Source: Eledone cirrhosa (lineage: Eukaryota). Taken from it: DNA of 64,000 nt. This document shows, in pieces, positions 28,438 through 42,024 of this stretch (positions are counted from its first letter, which is position 1; every line of letters starts with the position of its first letter). Under the pieces are notes generated by a model. The model was not told where the DNA came from. It made no database searches and saw only the letters and a program-made list of their open reading frames with translations. A program made the translations under genes and the position numbers. Where the stretch lies: contig OZ024742.1 in NCBI GenBank assembly GCA_964016885.1, positions 229,338,001-229,402,000 of the forward strand. The letters are read 5' to 3'.

Positions 28438-28670
28438 ATATATCGCCCACACTCTATTGGTACTTTAGTAATTATATATTAAATTCTTAGATAAGACATG
28501 TTTAAATGTATGTGTGTGTATGTGTGTGTTAGAGAGTCGGTGTTTGGCCGGTGATCTCTTGTCGTTTCGACAGCTAATTTCAGCTGTCGAATCTTAAAAG
28601 CTCAGCCGTCAGACTATGCTGAATAAGGGATTTACTAATTTAAAACCGGTAAAATCTCTCTCTCACCTTC

Positions 28671-28738
<68 letters not shown>

Positions 28739-28908
28739 TAGATAGATAGATAAATATACACGGGTGTGTATGATTGTGTATAGAAGATTATATTAATAAA
28801 AGGAATTCCAACTTTGTCTGATTTACTCGTTTTATTTACAATCCTTTAAAATTTATAATGGTATTATAATGAAATAGTATGGTAGAATATTAAATGTTAA
28901 GTGTTTAT

Positions 28909-28947
28909 TGAACAAGTACTTTCATGCTTTCGCAATCTTCAGGTTCA
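28909..28947 (-). ncRNA. Minimal hammerhead ribozyme
   Basis: Minus strand: TGAAC-CTGAAGA-TTGC GAAA GCAT-GAAA-GTAC-TT-GTTCA; GNRA loop 2 and palindromic loop 3. Confidence 0.8.
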
Positions 28948-29010
28948 TAATGTGTGGTGACAGTCAAGTTTGCAATTTTCAAATATATATATATAGTTTT
29001 AATATAGATG

Positions 29011-29061
29011 AGATTCTACAGGACTAGAACTGTTTCATTCTTGGGAAATCATCAGGAATCT
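29011..29061 (-). ncRNA. Type I hammerhead ribozyme
   Basis: Minus strand: AGATTC-CTGATGA-TTTC CCAA GAAT-GAAA-CAG TTCTAGTC CTG-TA-GAATCT; same family as 25994 and 50565. Confidence 0.85.
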
Positions 29062-29782
29062 CAGATTCGAGCTCTAAATTGTTGAGTTAATAAATTCGAA
29101 TGGTTGGGCTGCGTTCTCTAGCATCTTCCCCAATTCATGAGAACCGTCATTTGATGCAAATAACACGTGTTTTCGCACTGTAGAATCTCATATATATTAA
29201 AACTATATAAGTAAGGTACTCAATACATAGCAGAGTATAAAAGTTTTAATATAGATGAGATTCTACAGGACTAGAACTGTATTGAGTACCTTACTTACTG
29301 TGGTTTACCTCCGATTCAACCCGGAATAACTTACCTAAATATATATATATATGTATATATCGAATCAAGTAAAAATTGTTTCCATTAGTCTGTCTATCTC
29401 TGGTACTCTCTGCTGGTTGGTAGCAAAGCATAAGAGCAGGGACCTGATTTGAACGCCCCCCCCCCCCCCCTCCAGATTCCACAGAACATCATATACCGTA
29501 AAGCCTCCCATCCGTCTCTTTAACTAATCCGCCAATGCATCGCTCCCGGATTGGTACTTTATTTAACCATCCTAAAAGTATGCAATTCAAAGTTGAGCTC
29601 GGTGAACAACACCAAATAGCCAGGTATTTGATCCGACACCTTAACGATTCTACAAATCTGCCGATTGAAGGCTACTTATGAAAATGTAATCAACTATGTG
29701 CTTCAAACGACCAATAATTCTATGACCATTTATCTTTCTGTATAGATATGTATCTCGCTTCATACCATCGTCGTTGGTGGCA

Positions 29783-29882
29783 TCAATTCGTGCAACAGCT
29801 CTTTGCTTTCATACGAATACTATTCGATTCCTGGGCAGGTCTGCACGTTATATTCTTCAGCAAGTGTCTCCATATCATATAC
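29783..29882 (-). CDS. Candidate last coding exon of an unidentified host gene
   Basis: Acceptor ttactttttcttag|G; phase-2 start matches the upstream exon; reads (R)YMIWRHLLKNITCRPAQESNSIRMKAKSCCTN*. Confidence 0.4.
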
Positions 29883-30471
29883 CTAAGAAAAAGTAATATT
29901 TTCATGATACAACGTGGGTCAGCGTCATTAATATAATCGAGAAACCTCCTATAAGATGCATCTTATACGAGGCCAGCTAAATCTACATAGATGTGAGCTG
30001 TAACAAAACTTAATAGTAGCAGGGCGTTAACCCTAGCAATGAACTGGTGTCCGGTCAAGTGGGTGGGATTTCTCATGATACGACTGGGAGATACTTTCAT
30101 TAAAACACCCGTTAAATCTCATATCCAATGCAACGTAGCTCAACTTATATAGAGTATAATTTGTAAGGACAACAACAAAAATAGTTGGATGTCATATAGG
30201 CAGAAACTGATTCCTTTGCAATGTTCAACACTGTACAACAAATTCGTTTATGTGCTAGAGCAGGGGTAGGGAAATATTTAATATCGGAAGGCTATATTGA
30301 AATTATTGATAACTAACGAGGTCACGCTTTGAAGAAATATTCACTTGCTACTACTCATCAGATGTTTTATAAGATATATTTATAAATATAAATAAAGAAA
30401 TATAAGTCGGTTTTTCTTAGAGTGAGCAATAGTTAGAGAGAAGTTACACTTATTATTTCAGTAGGTGAGGG

Positions 30472-30672
30472 TGGTGATGGCAGTAGAGGGTCGAACGCCA
30501 TGCTTTGTAGCATAGAGTTACGGCCATTTATGATCTGAGTTCAAATCCCGCCGAGGTTAACTTTGCCTTCTATCCTTAAGAGGTCGATAAAATAAAGTAC
30601 CACTGGGGTCGATTTCATCGACTTTCCCTTCCCTCAAAATTGCTGGCCTTGTGCCTATATAAGAAACCATTA
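30472..30672 (+). mobile_element. tRNA-derived SINE copy
   Basis: Family consensus motifs. Confidence 0.85.
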
Positions 30673-30840
30673 TTTCAGGAGGCGTCACATAGTCTTTCAG
30701 AAGACCACACTTAGTCTTTCAGAAGAACATGGTCTTTTAGAAGGCCACACAATCGTTCAGAAGGATACACGTACTCTCCCAGTAGGTCATACTTCATTTT
30801 TCAGAAGGTCGAATGTAATCATTCAGAAGGCTGAAGATTG
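30673..30840. repeat. Degenerate ~20-bp minisatellite (TTTCAGAAGGCCACAC..)
   Basis: About 8 imperfect TCAGAAG units. Confidence 0.7.
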
Positions 30841-31219
30841 CTCACACACTCACTCCAAACAATCTCGATATATTTCTCACATTCAAACCCCAAATCTACT
30901 GAATCCTAACTGCTCTCGCTACACCTATATGCACCCACGAACATTGCTTTTTTGCGACTATCCTACACACACACCTACATACAAGGCAACGCGCCTCACC
31001 ATTAAGCTTTCGAATTCTCCAAAGAAATAGGGTGTTTAGTTGTTTGCTATTTTCCATTCTTCAACAGGGAAAAAAATGATGAAAACAACAACAACAACAA
31101 CAACATAATATCGAAGTCCTATTTGAACAAAAATATAGAAATACACGTGAAATCTGTTCATTGCTTTATGTACACACGCATATATATATATTATAGGTAC
31201 ATATATATCTATATCTATC

Positions 31220-31281
<62 letters not shown>

Positions 31282-31313
31282 TATAGATATATTTTATAGG
31301 TACATAATAGATA

Positions 31314-31344
<31 letters not shown>

Positions 31345-31506
31345 ATATATATATATATATATAGATATATATATATATATATATTTTATAGGTACATAAT
31401 ATGTGTACACAGACATAGGATATGCATAGATGCATCCTCACTTAACGAACGAACAGAAAACACCACAGTGTAATTTTATATATTTAAAATCTGGTTATTC
31501 AATTAC

Positions 31507-31611
31507 CTTCTTCTTTTCTTATCTGCTATGCAGTTGTTATCTATGTTCTTCTTGTATCTTTTGAGCTCTGTGAAGCCAAATTCCAATATATTTACTACAC
31601 TATTGTAAAAT
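31507..31611 (-). CDS. Candidate internal exon (105 nt, phase 2-2) of an unidentified host gene
   Basis: tacttttgtcag|...AAG|gtaatt; open frame FYNSVVNILEFGFTELKRYKKNIDNNCIADKKRR. Confidence 0.55.
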
Positions 31612-32140
31612 CTGACAAAAGTATATTCAATTGTAAACTTTTTTTTCTTTAAAATATATCTCTGTCTTCTGGGGAATCACTTACGAAGGATAACGGAGAT
31701 ATGTAATACAGCTTTTCTGTGTAAGGCAGGATCTTTTCAAAATATTCTATTACACTTATTCGTAACATTAACGGTAAATGTTTTACGTATATTGTACCTC
31801 TGAGAAACGCATCGTATCTGTTTTATATGAAGTGACTACGGCTTCATATGATTTATATGACGTATATAATACATGGTTGTTTCACATAGAACCATATATA
31901 CAGGTATATTATTTTCATCAATTTTTTTCTTTTTAGCCGGATTCATATTTTTGAAAAAATAGATTAACATACAACAGGCCTGTATAGGGATATATGTAAG
32001 AAAATATGTATAAGTATTTTGTTTTACATAGAAAACCCCCCCAGCTAACTGTATGTTTGTATATGCATGTATAATTATGTATGTGATATGATATATATAA
32101 ATATATATAGCGAATAACATATCATACAATCACCCCCACT

Positions 32141-32204
<64 letters not shown>

Positions 32205-32647
32205 CATAAATGGGTATATTTATATATACACTTAGATGTAATCCATAAACGCATACATACATGCACACATGCCTACATGCATGCAAACATACACACTCAT
32301 ACACACGCACACACATACACACTCATACACACGCACACACATATACACACATACACACTTACATGTTACATATATATATATATATATATATACATGTATA
32401 ATACATACACATGTTCTTATATACATACTTACATACATACATATTCAGTATACAGGCTTACATATATATTTGCATACATACTTGCATACATACACAAACA
32501 CAAACACATACATAAATACATAGATATACATACACACACATACATATATAAATAGATATACATACTCACATACATACATGCATACACACATACATAAGCA
32601 CATACATACATATATGGATCAATAAAAGCAGTAAAATATTAACTCAC

Positions 32648-32716
32648 CTTGCATATTCAAAGCCATAAAAACCGGTGTTTCGTATTTTTCTCTTAAATTC
32701 CTTTTGTGTCAGAGAT
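32648..32716 (-). CDS. Candidate internal exon (69 nt, phase 2-2) of an unidentified host gene
   Basis: tatctccag|...AAG|gtgagt; the only open frame is SLTQKEFKRKIRNTGFYGFEYA, which splices in frame to 31507-31611. Confidence 0.55.
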
Positions 32717-32779
32717 CTGGAGATATATTTAGCTTGGAGATGGCAACTAACTATCATTTCTGAAGCTCGTGTAGCAGTA

Positions 32780-32810
<31 letters not shown>

Positions 32811-32955
32811 ACACTTACATACACATATACATACATTCAAAGACACACTCACACGCACTCTAACACTCATACATGCATATATATATTTGTGCACATTTTT
32901 CTATATGTACAAACATGTACGTGTATATGTGCGTGTTCATGTGTGTGTACGGATT

Positions 32956-32998
<43 letters not shown>

Positions 32999-33015
32999 GT
33001 GTGTGTGTATGTATA

Positions 33016-33052
<37 letters not shown>

Positions 33053-33284
33053 CATTATATACATATATATATGTGCGTGTGTATGTATATATATATATAT
33101 ATATATACATTATATACATATATATATATATATATATTCATATACACTCACCCAAACTCATCGCATATATGCATGTATGTATGTATATATGTATGCGTGC
33201 ATACATATTTATACTTATCCCACGTTTGCGACGCAGAAAACTGGCATGTACCTACTGTACAGAGACCGCGTACACGCACATGCA

Positions 33285-33340
<56 letters not shown>

Positions 33341-33397
33341 CATATACATACACCCATAGACGCAAATAACACGCACACACATACACACATACACACA

Positions 33398-33506
<109 letters not shown>

Positions 33507-33904
33507 ACACACACATATATATATATATATGACCCTCCCATTCAGATACACTTTATCGATAGATGAATGGGTCAGCATGGCTCATATTATTAATTCATAT
33601 TGGCATCTATCTCTTAAAATATGAAGATATAACGCACAAAATTGCTCATTAAATCCGTGATGTGAACTATCCCGCTTATTGATATTACTTCTTTATGGAA
33701 TTTTCGTTAGAGAGCGGGGAAAAAACATCTAAAAAGATGACACTAAAAAAATGTATTTTTAGTGTTTAAGTGTTTCAGGGAAGAAAACCAAAACGAAAAC
33801 AAAAAACTTTCCATCATTGATCTTGTCAACATCAAACCTTATGTAAATGACTGGCTGTAATCCCAACCAATATTCTCATAAAAGTATTCAGCTGTTATCA
33901 AGAA

Positions 33905-34440
33905 TTTGCTAACAAAATTTTTCCGAGATTGACTATCAGAATCTTCCTGCCCAAACTTTCGTTCATCAAAAGGTGTGTATTTTATTTTATTTTCTCTTAG
34001 TATAAAATATTAAATATAAAACGAAATTATCCATATATTATTGACCGTAGTGTATCACTGGTGTGGAAAACCTCATCATACATTTATATCATGTCTTTCA
34101 TCATTTTACCCCCGCCTATTTATGCTGATATGGTTCGGAAGTCAGTAATTTATCGGGTGACCATGTCTCACGCAAGTACGTTTCATTTTCCCAAGCAGAT
34201 ACTTTTCCTAAAGCTAACCAGTGTTTTCAAAGAAGCATTCAAGTGCTTGCAAGTATTTTCTAACAAATCTTACCGAGATTGACTAATAAAATCTTAGAGT
34301 AATAAATTTCGTTCATTATGATGGCCTCTACATTCAATTTAATTTTCGCGTAGTATAAAATACTAAATATAAAACTAAATGAAAGTATGAGTATAATATT
34401 GACTGTAGAGTATCACTGATTTATAAAACTTTATCATTCA
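33905..34440. repeat. Diverged local duplication (~350-bp period)
   Basis: CTAACAAA..CCGAGATTGACTA..TAGTATAAAATA.TAAATATAAAAC..TATTGAC.GTAG.GTATCACTG at ~33909-34060 and ~34260-34420. Confidence 0.75.
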
Positions 34441-36528
34441 ACCATATACTGTCGTTGTTAAATGTAAAGAGCGCGCCTTCATACATGTATTAGTAGAATA
34501 TATATATGTCATATGTTTTTGTTGTTTTACGCAGATCTGCTGAACCAAATATTTGAACACATAATTGCTGTGATCTGCACTCCAGAGATATTTCGGGTCT
34601 TACAATATACACCATCATTCCGGAGTCCAGATTAAGCCTCTCATTCTAGTTAGCTAAGGCACAAAGCATCAAAACTGGAACAAATAACACAAAATATATT
34701 GCCTAATACTCTAACTATTCCATCAGTCTATCGTTTTCTAGTAATACTTTATTAAAACAACCACGGAAAGATGAAAAGCAATGACCTCAATGGTATGTAT
34801 ACTCAGTCATCAATGAGCCGGCATAAACAATGCATTCGTTTCAACCGGCACTCTAAAGTTTCAGATATATTGCGTCGGTAAAAGTATATATTTGTAGAGG
34901 TGATCGACTTTGGTATTGATATGTAGCCCCATGACAGACACAATAAAGTTGAGCTATGTTTAAAAATATTTCAAACAGACCATCTCATTTTTTTTCTCAT
35001 AAGCAAAAGCCATAGTTTCCCTACGAGTGTGATTTAACGGAATTTGACAGCTATTTCTAGTAGGTCGATTAATCACGAAGGTGATCCATCCTTTACTCGA
35101 TATTCTAGTTGTTAATATATGAATGAATAAACTTATGATCAAAAACAATTCGGTTAGACAGAGTATACTTGGAACTGTAGCCAAAATGTTTTTCAGGCGT
35201 GATTTGAGCAGGAATTTGCTGCTATTCTTAGTATGTTGAGTGACAGCAAAGATAGTCCTTCGATAGTGAATACCTGTATAAGAATCAGGTGTGGAATATG
35301 GAATACTATCTAGAATACGAGAAATATCTATATTTGTATCATCTATTATGAATATATAAATTAAGGGATGGACACAAGAATTTAAGGTATTTTGTTCGGC
35401 CTTTTTATCTCCTGGGGTCAAATCTCACCAACTTTAACATTGCCTTTCAGCCTCACTAAAATCATACATCAACCAGGTATTCAGTTTGATTAAATCAACC
35501 ATTCCTTCATCCACAACGAGCGACCTTGTTTCTAAAATCAATATTAGCTACTTTAAATGTGTGTCACATCCAGTGAAGATGCTATCATTTATGCATATAA
35601 TTGTTAGTAAATGTGCAGCTAAGCATCGGGAGCGGAATGTGGATTCCCAGCTCGAATTTGAGAAATATATTTCATTTTATCATCCACTGAGAATATATAA
35701 GCGACGAGATTGAGATTAAAAAATATTATTATAGCTATCGAGAGATGATATTTATGTTTTAATATGCATACGTTTATTATATATACTATATCCGATGTAA
35801 GCAAACTTAGCAGAAACAAACGAATAGATAAAAAGAACGCATTCACACAAACACAAACACACTCACGCACACACCCATAGCAACTATACACTCACCCCCA
35901 AGCACGCATACACACATACACACATACATACACACATATATATATAGAGAGATGATATATAACATATAATAAATAATATAGAGGTAAAGTTGCATCATAT
36001 CTCTACTACTTTTATAAATGCTCTGGATAAAGATATATCGGATTTTATAGTATATCGAATTTTAGGTTCAGGGGAAATCCTTTTTTTATATTTGACAACT
36101 ATAAAGGATTATAAAATAGCGATCGCCATAAAAGAACCTTTTACTCCAAGTATTTTCCAGTATAATGATTTAATTTTCAATCTTTAGAATCTCTCATGAA
36201 ACCCAATGCAAATTTGAAAACTGCATTTAAATCCGATCCAATATTAGAAAGGAGAGAAAAAAAAAAACAACTGCAACATCAACAACAATAAATTGCCAGA
36301 TATTTCTGAATACAACTGGAAGAAGAAATAAGAGGGTAAAAAGCATGGCTATAAAAGAAATTAGAAAAAGAAATACTTAATTACTTTTACAGTAGCTTAG
36401 AAGTATTTAAAGCAAACGATTAGTGACAAAGATAACAAATATATACGAAAAGATATTCATAGAAAACTCAAGGATAATGTATTCGAAATTTGCGTTTACA
36501 GGTGTGGATGTTTTGTGTGTACCATCAG

Positions 36529-36626
<98 letters not shown>

Positions 36627-36649
36627 TTATATATATGTATATGTATATA

Positions 36650-36740
<91 letters not shown>

Positions 36741-36751
36741 ATGTATATATG

Positions 36752-36818
<67 letters not shown>

Positions 36819-37039
36819 CTACCATTGAGTGGTAGATTTATCTGTATCTATGTATATGTATATGTATATAATGGTTTCATTTTTACTAGACTTAGTAGAG
36901 ATTTAATGGGAATTAAACGAGCTTGATCCTATCATTAAAAAGAATTTGTAACAAACTGCGAGAAAGGGACCTGGGCTGATACAATTAATTAATTATATGC
37001 ATGATGATGATGATGATAATGATGATGATGATGATAATA

Positions 37040-37780
37040 ATAATGAAAAAGGATTTGGGAATGTCACGAGATGCAGGTCGCGTCGATGATCATAGGAGCA
37101 CTAGATACTATCTCAAAGAGTTTTCAAGGATGGTTAAAAACATTAATCCAGTCCCTCTTTTTTGGAACACTTCAGAAGGTTGGGAACAGCAAGAACCCTC
37201 TCATATGTCCTGAATATCTGAAGCAGCAGGTAGCGCCTTGAAGTTAATTTGAACAAACTTTCCAGTTAAATAACATCAATGACTGAGACTCAAAGAACAA
37301 CAACAACAACAACAATACAGGCTGGTCTGTACCTTTACTGGTATTTTCCGATACTTGTATCAGAATGCTCCAGAAATGTTCCTGTGTTGGCAGAGCCATA
37401 TCCAATATTCTCAGGGTCTTCACTATCAAAATGGACCAGAAACAGGAATATAAAAGACCTGATAATGTAGTTATGCTCAGAAATAGGCGTGAATGGCAAA
37501 TTATCTACATCATCCTCCTGGGACACAACAGAGCTTTCAGAGAAATTGACAAAAAACAAAACAAAAAACAAATTGACTTGAAGATTGAAATTGCACGAAT
37601 ATTGCCAATATTCTCTAACAACATCAAGATAATTCCAGTTGTCATTGGAGCACTGAGAGGGTTTCTTAAGAAAATAGACCTTGAATAACAAATTGTTCTA
37701 TAAAACGCTGCCCTATTGAACACTGTGCATATATTCAGTAAAATACTGTCTGTCTAATGTCAGTGTTGAGACTGAACACA
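37040..37780 (+). mobile_element. R4/Dong-like non-LTR retrotransposon 3' fragments (restriction-like endonuclease domain), two pieces
   Basis: KRPDNVV...DLKIEIARI...IIPVVIGAL at 37365-37688, and a second IIGALDTISK..LGTART piece at 37060-37215. Confidence 0.7.
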
Positions 37781-39257
37781 AATTACGGTTTTGCAAAAGG
37801 AACTCGTTTATCACACAGCCATGCTTGCGCGTTTATATTGAATTATATTTACCACTGTCCTTTTTATATCATTTTGTCAGGTTAATGCATTAAGGAGGCG
37901 AATTAGTATATTCAGTGAGGCATCGGATTAAAAATGTTTCGGTATTTGTTCCGACTTATTGCGCTCTGAGTTAAAATCACGCCGAATTCAAATTTGCCTT
38001 TCTCAATAAAGTTGATAAATAAAATTTCTATCCAGTACTGGGCTTGGCTATGTCTCTTTTTCTCCATCTACCTTTCCCTAGAAGAAATAGGTTGTTTCAG
38101 ACCTTGAGGGAGTAATGATCTCCACAGGGTATAGTACACCGTATAAGTTCGCGCCGTGTGTCATGAAGGTATGTTTCCATAAAAAATGTAGGGCCATTTT
38201 CTTTGTTTATAGGTAGGAGGGTAGTGTCTAAAGCCTTTTCATAAACCTCAAAATGTGGTGATGGGGAAGGAGTGTGGAGAAAGAAAAAGATATATTTAAA
38301 CCTGAGGGCCAGACAGAATGCATATAACCACTCGGATTTTCCCAATGTACCAATGTAAACTTGAGAAGAACTTCTTACGTTGACTATTTTTCCTTGCGAC
38401 TTTATTTCCGTTCACATAAAGGAGTGGATTCGATTCCGTCTCTTGAAATCTGTTATTTGAAATGCTATATGATAAAACAGTCATGTTTATATTATATATT
38501 TCCCGGGCTTTCTTTGTAGACAGCTAAGCAATATAACACTGTTAAGAAAACAATGTTAGTGTTACAAAGTTGTATAAAGATTTGCAAACCAACAGCAGCT
38601 GTCCAGCAAATGAAAGTGTGATTTGTCTTTGTGCAATAGAGCAGAGAATTACCTCATCAACTGTAACATTATGCATCAGTTAAGACGTAATATTATTTTA
38701 GTTCCAACAAATGACAGATATACATCCAAGGCTCGTTTTTCTATACACGACGTAGCATTAAATTGCTGAATGTGTGTAAGTTCTTTGACAAATTTAAAGT
38801 TCTAAGCGCGAATATTTTGTCGAAGCAAAATACCAGACAGCATCACTCAGTGTGAAACACATGATGCAACTAAAGATATTACAGTTAACAAGACAGCGGC
38901 AATACGTAGAAATAATATTCAATAGTGTAACCTGTTAGTTCTTCAAAGAGACATTTCACAAAGGGAACATTAACGAAACGACATCAAACCGCGATGATAA
39001 AAACGTCACATAAAATATGACTGACTGTGCAAACTTTCTAGCTCGCATGCTCACAAGTCCACAACAACCCTTCAGTCTCTTACCCAACACATACATACAG
39101 ATAATTGTAATTCAGATATGAATATATTCATGTATATATAACATAGAGACGAATGATGACTGTATATTCATCTTATATATATGCATGCTCACAAAAAACC
39201 GCCGCACATGTGTATGGGCAGCTAGAATCAACTATTGTCTCCATCTAATTTCGTGCT

Positions 39258-39314
<57 letters not shown>

Positions 39315-40304
39315 CATACATACATACACATATATATATATACATATATATGTGTGTGTGTGTCTGTTCATATGATCGACCGTGTGTGTGTAGTAATATC
39401 TATTATATATAAATCCGAAGCGACCAATCAACGATATTTATAACTATGCACAAATACACTTACACACGAATTATTATGGTTATATATATACTACACTCTC
39501 CCATATATTTATATAATGCGTATCTGTATATGTGGGCGAGTGTGTCGTGTGTAAAAGTGTGCGTGCGTGTGTATTTGCGTGTTGAATGATAAGTATGACG
39601 ACTTATTGAAGTGTGTGTAGCTGACTAAAGTAGTTTAAAAAATGTCATCCATGTAATTAAATATTACATGAAATAACCATCGTTAGTAGAGTTTACTCGG
39701 CACAAATTTCATTTGTTACGTTTCAGTGAGTCTGCCATTTTTTCTCTCTAATGTCATTTCTTTGCGCAAATATTGACTGATTGCTAAATGTATGTAAGCC
39801 ACTAGAGTGTGACACGAAATAAATTATGGTGGTTAGCTTCGTTCATCACATACCCCCCACGCCGCTGTGTTCGCATTGTATACTTGTATCCTCTGGGTAT
39901 AGTGTATAAATATGAACACACACACACACATTCACGCGCATATATATGTATATATATATATACATATATATATATATTATATTATATATTTATGGGGGGG
40001 GGGGGTTGTGTATGCATACATACACACACCTACATATATTTTGGCGTATGTGTGTCTAACTATATATATAATTAGTTGTAAAGACGAGAGTAAGAATACA
40101 AAGTAGAATCCATATTTTTTTTGTTCCAAGCCTTATTATTAACCCTCTAGCCACGGAAGTTTCTGGATATATGACTTTGCCATTATTCAGTTTGCAGGGA
40201 GATGAATCCTTTTTTGTCGCATGAACTGAATACTTAATGAGAAACAATGTGTAGAAACGAAATAAATTATTAATTTCGACCGAATATATATATATGTATG
40301 TATG

Positions 40305-40369
<65 letters not shown>

Positions 40370-40416
40370 AATGAATAATAACAGGTAGACATCATAAAAA
40401 GGTAGTTTATTCCGTG

Positions 40417-40528
40417 TGCTTACAAGTGTTTCCACGGTGGTGCTGCAGCCTAGTTCCGCTACGTGCAAATTCACAAGTATTTGCAGAACTCGAATATCCA
40501 ATGCTGTGACCACTGTTTCCTCAGAGCA
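40417..40528 (-). ncRNA. Minimal hammerhead ribozyme with extended stem II
   Basis: Minus strand: TGCT-CTGAGGA-AACAGTGGT...ACCACCGTG-GAAA-CACTTG-TA-AGCA. Confidence 0.7.
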
Positions 40529-41019
40529 GAATGGTAAATATACAATGTAAAAACCCTTAAGTGGGGTTGTTGGGGAGGATAGAGTGGAACAGGAAGAGAG
40601 AAAAGTAGGGAAGAAGGAGAGCGAAGGAAAGATATGCAGGGGTTGGAGAAGTAGGAGAGAGTGGCTTGTAGATATCTTAATCAAAATGTTATGGTAGGGG
40701 TTTTATTAGTTACTTTTGGAGAGATGCGTAGATAGTTGAGGTCGGAATTATTTATTGCCCCAGAGGGCAGGTTCATAAATGTTGAGAGGGAGGTAGGTCA
40801 AAGGTGAGAGAGAGAGAGTGTAATGGATGTAGAGAGAGATATATAGGTAGAGAGGGGACAGATAAATATGTGTGGTGAGTGAACTTTTGGTTTTGTAGTA
40901 GTAATCAAGGAATTGTACTGAGTTACCATGTATAGTGATAAGCAGTGTATTGTCTTGTAGTGTGGGGGGAAGAGAAGGTTGTTAGCTAGAAAGTGGTATT
41001 GTAGTTACGGGTTCGAATG

Positions 41020-42024
41020 TTAAGTTATTTTATAGTGAGAGAATTTAGCTTTTAGTTTGTGGTTGCAGTATAATGATCGTTCAATTCTATCGTTAAGTAG
41101 TTTGTTTTTGGATTTTAGTATGTAAAATAGCTCAAGGTTACATAACCTGCAGTACTTCAAACCACTCCGATATGCATTTGCGCTGGAGAGTATATCCCAT
41201 TTTAAGGTGAACTGTTGGTTGTGTTCACGGAGTTGCCAGGTCTTGTTGGCGAGCGTGGTCACAAAACGGTGATTCTGATGTTTGATTGAGAATCGATGAC
41301 GGTACCAGCGAGATTTAAACGATGTGGTGGTAGATCCGATATAATACCATTTCTGGTCGTCCGATTCAACCGTGCATTGGTAAACAATGTTGGACTTTAG
41401 GCATTCATTCTGCAATGAATTCACCGCTTCCAATTCCAATTTAGTGGGTTCTTTACTGACTCTAGTGTTGTATGGTCTGTCACTCACATTAAGGCTGTGT
41501 ATCTCTTGAAACATATCGTTCCATATCACTTGTAGGGTTCCCACAAGTTTTTGGTGCTCTGTTTGTTCAGTAGAGTCATGAATTGCAGCCTCGTTGTTGA
41601 TGTGGTGACAATTACTACTAGAGTCAGCTGACCTTTCTCGCTGTTCTTCAGTGGAAGTGGGATGGATTTCAGCAAAATTGTTGGTGAGCTGTTCACTGTT
41701 AGATTTAGCTGGCCATTCTCTTTGTCTGTCAGTGGAGGTGGGGTCGTTGTCTACAAGGGCTGTATTTGTAGTATCACTCGATTCCGTTAGATGTATCAGT
41801 TTACATCTAATGATACGTTTTGCCTGTTCATTTAGATGCTTTGGAGAAAAGTCTAATTCTGGGTGTTTGGAGTTCCATAAAGTTTTTAGCCTTTGCATAA
41901 AACCGAACTTTTGGGGTTCAGATTGTTTGTATACTTCATATAATTCTTTGTTAAGCTCGTAGCTCCACTGTATACAACGGTTGTAATTGCGATTTGGTCG
42001 AAGGAGACTTGTACTTTTTGCCAT
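41020..42024 (-). CDS. Intact 334-aa ORF: R4/Dong-like N-terminal domain fused to Naiad-type GIY-YIG endonuclease; no RT
   Basis: C-terminal IVYQCTV..YYIGST..FKSRWYRH..LKWDIL..CRLCNLE..LLNDR..CNHK aligns with the GIY-YIG at 56000-56400. N-terminal WSYELNKELY..SEPQKFGFMQRLKTLW..HP..LNEQAKRI resembles R4-clade N-termini. Confidence 0.75.
   Translation of the reverse strand: MAKSTSLLRPNRNYNRCIQWSYELNKELYEVYKQSEPQKFGFMQRLKTLWNSKHPELDFSPKHLNEQAKRIIRCKLIHLTESSDTTNTALVDNDPTSTDRQREWPAKSNSEQLTNNFAEIHPTSTEEQRERSADSSSNCHHINNEAAIHDSTEQTEHQKLVGTLQVIWNDMFQEIHSLNVSDRPYNTRVSKEPTKLELEAVNSLQNECLKSNIVYQCTVESDDQKWYYIGSTTTSFKSRWYRHRFSIKHQNHRFVTTLANKTWQLREHNQQFTLKWDILSSANAYRSGLKYCRLCNLELFYILKSKNKLLNDRIERSLYCNHKLKAKFSHYKIT

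Noticed and set aside
30673-30840. CRISPR-like repeat array
   Set aside because: Short degenerate units without unique regular spacers, in a eukaryotic context with no cas genes.
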